From positions 420,001 through 452,000 of the forward strand of contig CP008936.1 in the NCBI GenBank assembly GCA_000743035.1: a stretch of DNA of 32,000 bases, in the 5' to 3' direction. Positions 31,321 through 32,000 of the stretch are shown piece by piece. The notes beneath the pieces were generated by a model. It did no database searches. It saw nothing but the letters and a program-made list of their open reading frames with translations, and was not told the origin of the DNA. The position numbers and the translations under genes were made by a program. This DNA comes from Candidatus Paracaedimonas acanthamoebae. GTDB taxonomy: Bacteria > Pseudomonadota > Alphaproteobacteria > Caedimonadales > Caedimonadaceae. Within the stretch, counting starts at the first letter, position 1. Every line of letters begins with the position of its first letter.

Positions 31321-32000
31321 TAAATCATGCACAGCGTCATTTTAACTGCACTCTTTCTTTAAGAGACTTCTTTACTCAAGCTACTTTACAAGCTTTAGCG
31401 TCACTTATTGAAGAGGCTATAGAGCCTCATTCTAAGAAGATTGTAGGATGGGAGTCTATCCCTCAAGCGGATCCTTCCCTTCCTATTCCTCTGTCTTTTA
31501 CACAGCAAAGAGTATGGTTTTTACAAAAGTTGCTTATGCAGGAAGCTCTTTACCACATACCCTTTAGCATAGAGCTGAGAGGATATGTTTGTGTAGATTC
31601 TCTTTCTTATGCGTTACGGGAAGTGATCAACCGTCATTCAATTTTACGCACGAACATCGTTGAGCAACAAGGACAAGCCTTTCAAGTAATAAAAGCCCCT
31701 CTTTCATCTTTTAAGCTTGAGAGAGTAGATCTTACAAGTTTGAAGGTTGAAGCCCAAGCAGAACAGCTTGAAGAGCTGTTGCGACTTAATGCTCAGAAGC
31801 CATTTAATCTAGCCTCAGATTCTCTTTTAAGAGTCTTGTTAGTGGCTTTAAGCGAAGAGCGGCACGTTTTAGCAGTGACCTTTCATCATCTTATTGCGGA
31901 TGGATGGTCTTTAGCTATTTTTTGTCGGGAGTTGAGTGCTTTTTATAATCATGCGGTTGCAGGAGATGCTGTTAACTTAACACCGCTTGCTATACAATTT
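31296..32000 (+). CDS. Continuation of the NRPS in another frame: rest of the T domain plus the next C domain. It runs off the right edge.
   Basis: Hand translation from 31296 gives HSLLAVQMINHAQRHFNCTLSLRDFFTQATLQALASLIEEAIEPHSKKIVGWESIPQADPSLPIPLSFTQQRVWFLQKLLMQEALYHIPFSIELRGYVCVD...HHLIADGWS. In-frame GTG 31311 and ATG 31317 exist. It is absent from the ORF track because no stop lies in the window. Confidence 0.7.
31551..32000 (+). repeat. NRPS internal repeat R3, copy b (C domain following T domain 3)
   Basis: See copy a. The repeat is still running when the window ends. Confidence 0.9.

Noticed and set aside
23164-31340. Antisense ORFs inside the NRPS genes (for example 23164..23400, 23357..23551, 26552..26842, 27697..27975, 27905..28096, 30878..31156, 31086..31340), some occurring as identical pairs
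   Set aside because: They are shadows of the NRPS coding strand. The identical pairs simply reflect the R1/R2 DNA repeats, not independent conserved genes.
21897-32000. Possibility that the large direct repeats are a CRISPR array or IS elements
   Set aside because: The repeats are 300-660 bp, in-frame coding segments of A/T/C domains with kilobase spacing. There is no short repeat-spacer periodicity, no terminal inverted repeats and no transposase.
1-32000. tRNA, rRNA, tmRNA, integrase, relaxase or oriT
   Set aside because: I could not recognise any cloverleaf-capable GC-rich segment, rRNA-like sequence, tyrosine or serine recombinase, or relaxase ORF in the window. The absence is based on reading by eye and the ORF track, not a covariance-model search.

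Overview
The window has two parts. (1) Positions 1-10.8 kb are the edge of a conjugative element. A translationally coupled minus-strand F/H-type (MPF-F) mating-pair-formation operon runs traA-like pilin, traL, traE, traK, traB, traV, traC, a TrbI-like gene, an S26 TraF/TrhF-type peptidase and traW. Upstream of it lie a replication-initiator-like winged-helix gene and an AlpA/Xis-like gene. A cI-like repressor is transcribed divergently, followed by a Phd/YefM-RelE toxin-antitoxin pair. (2) Positions 11.1-32 kb are AT-rich cargo. It begins with a giant signal-peptide-bearing ankyrin-repeat protein whose middle region carries RNxxxH (HEPN-like) motifs. Next comes a tailoring block: a heme-oxygenase-like protein with a PqqD/RRE-like segment, a 24-aa ORF, a CmlA-like diiron metallo-beta-lactamase-fold hydroxylase, a SAM methyltransferase, a type II thioesterase, a JmjC/cupin oxygenase and an M16 peptidase with HxxTH instead of HxxEH. 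A multimodular NRPS (C-A-T-C-A-T, then C-A-T, then another C) fills the rest. The NRPS is a mosaic of near-identical internal repeats and starts repeating itself with a 9,576-bp in-frame period. It carries a 1-nt frameshift exactly in the GGHS carrier-domain motif, and the methyltransferase also looks frameshifted at a T8 run. I found no rRNA, tRNA, CRISPR array, integrase, transposase or relaxase. The gene content (F-type tra genes, ankyrin and JmjC eukaryote-like proteins) suggests an amoeba-associated intracellular bacterium, but that is inference only.
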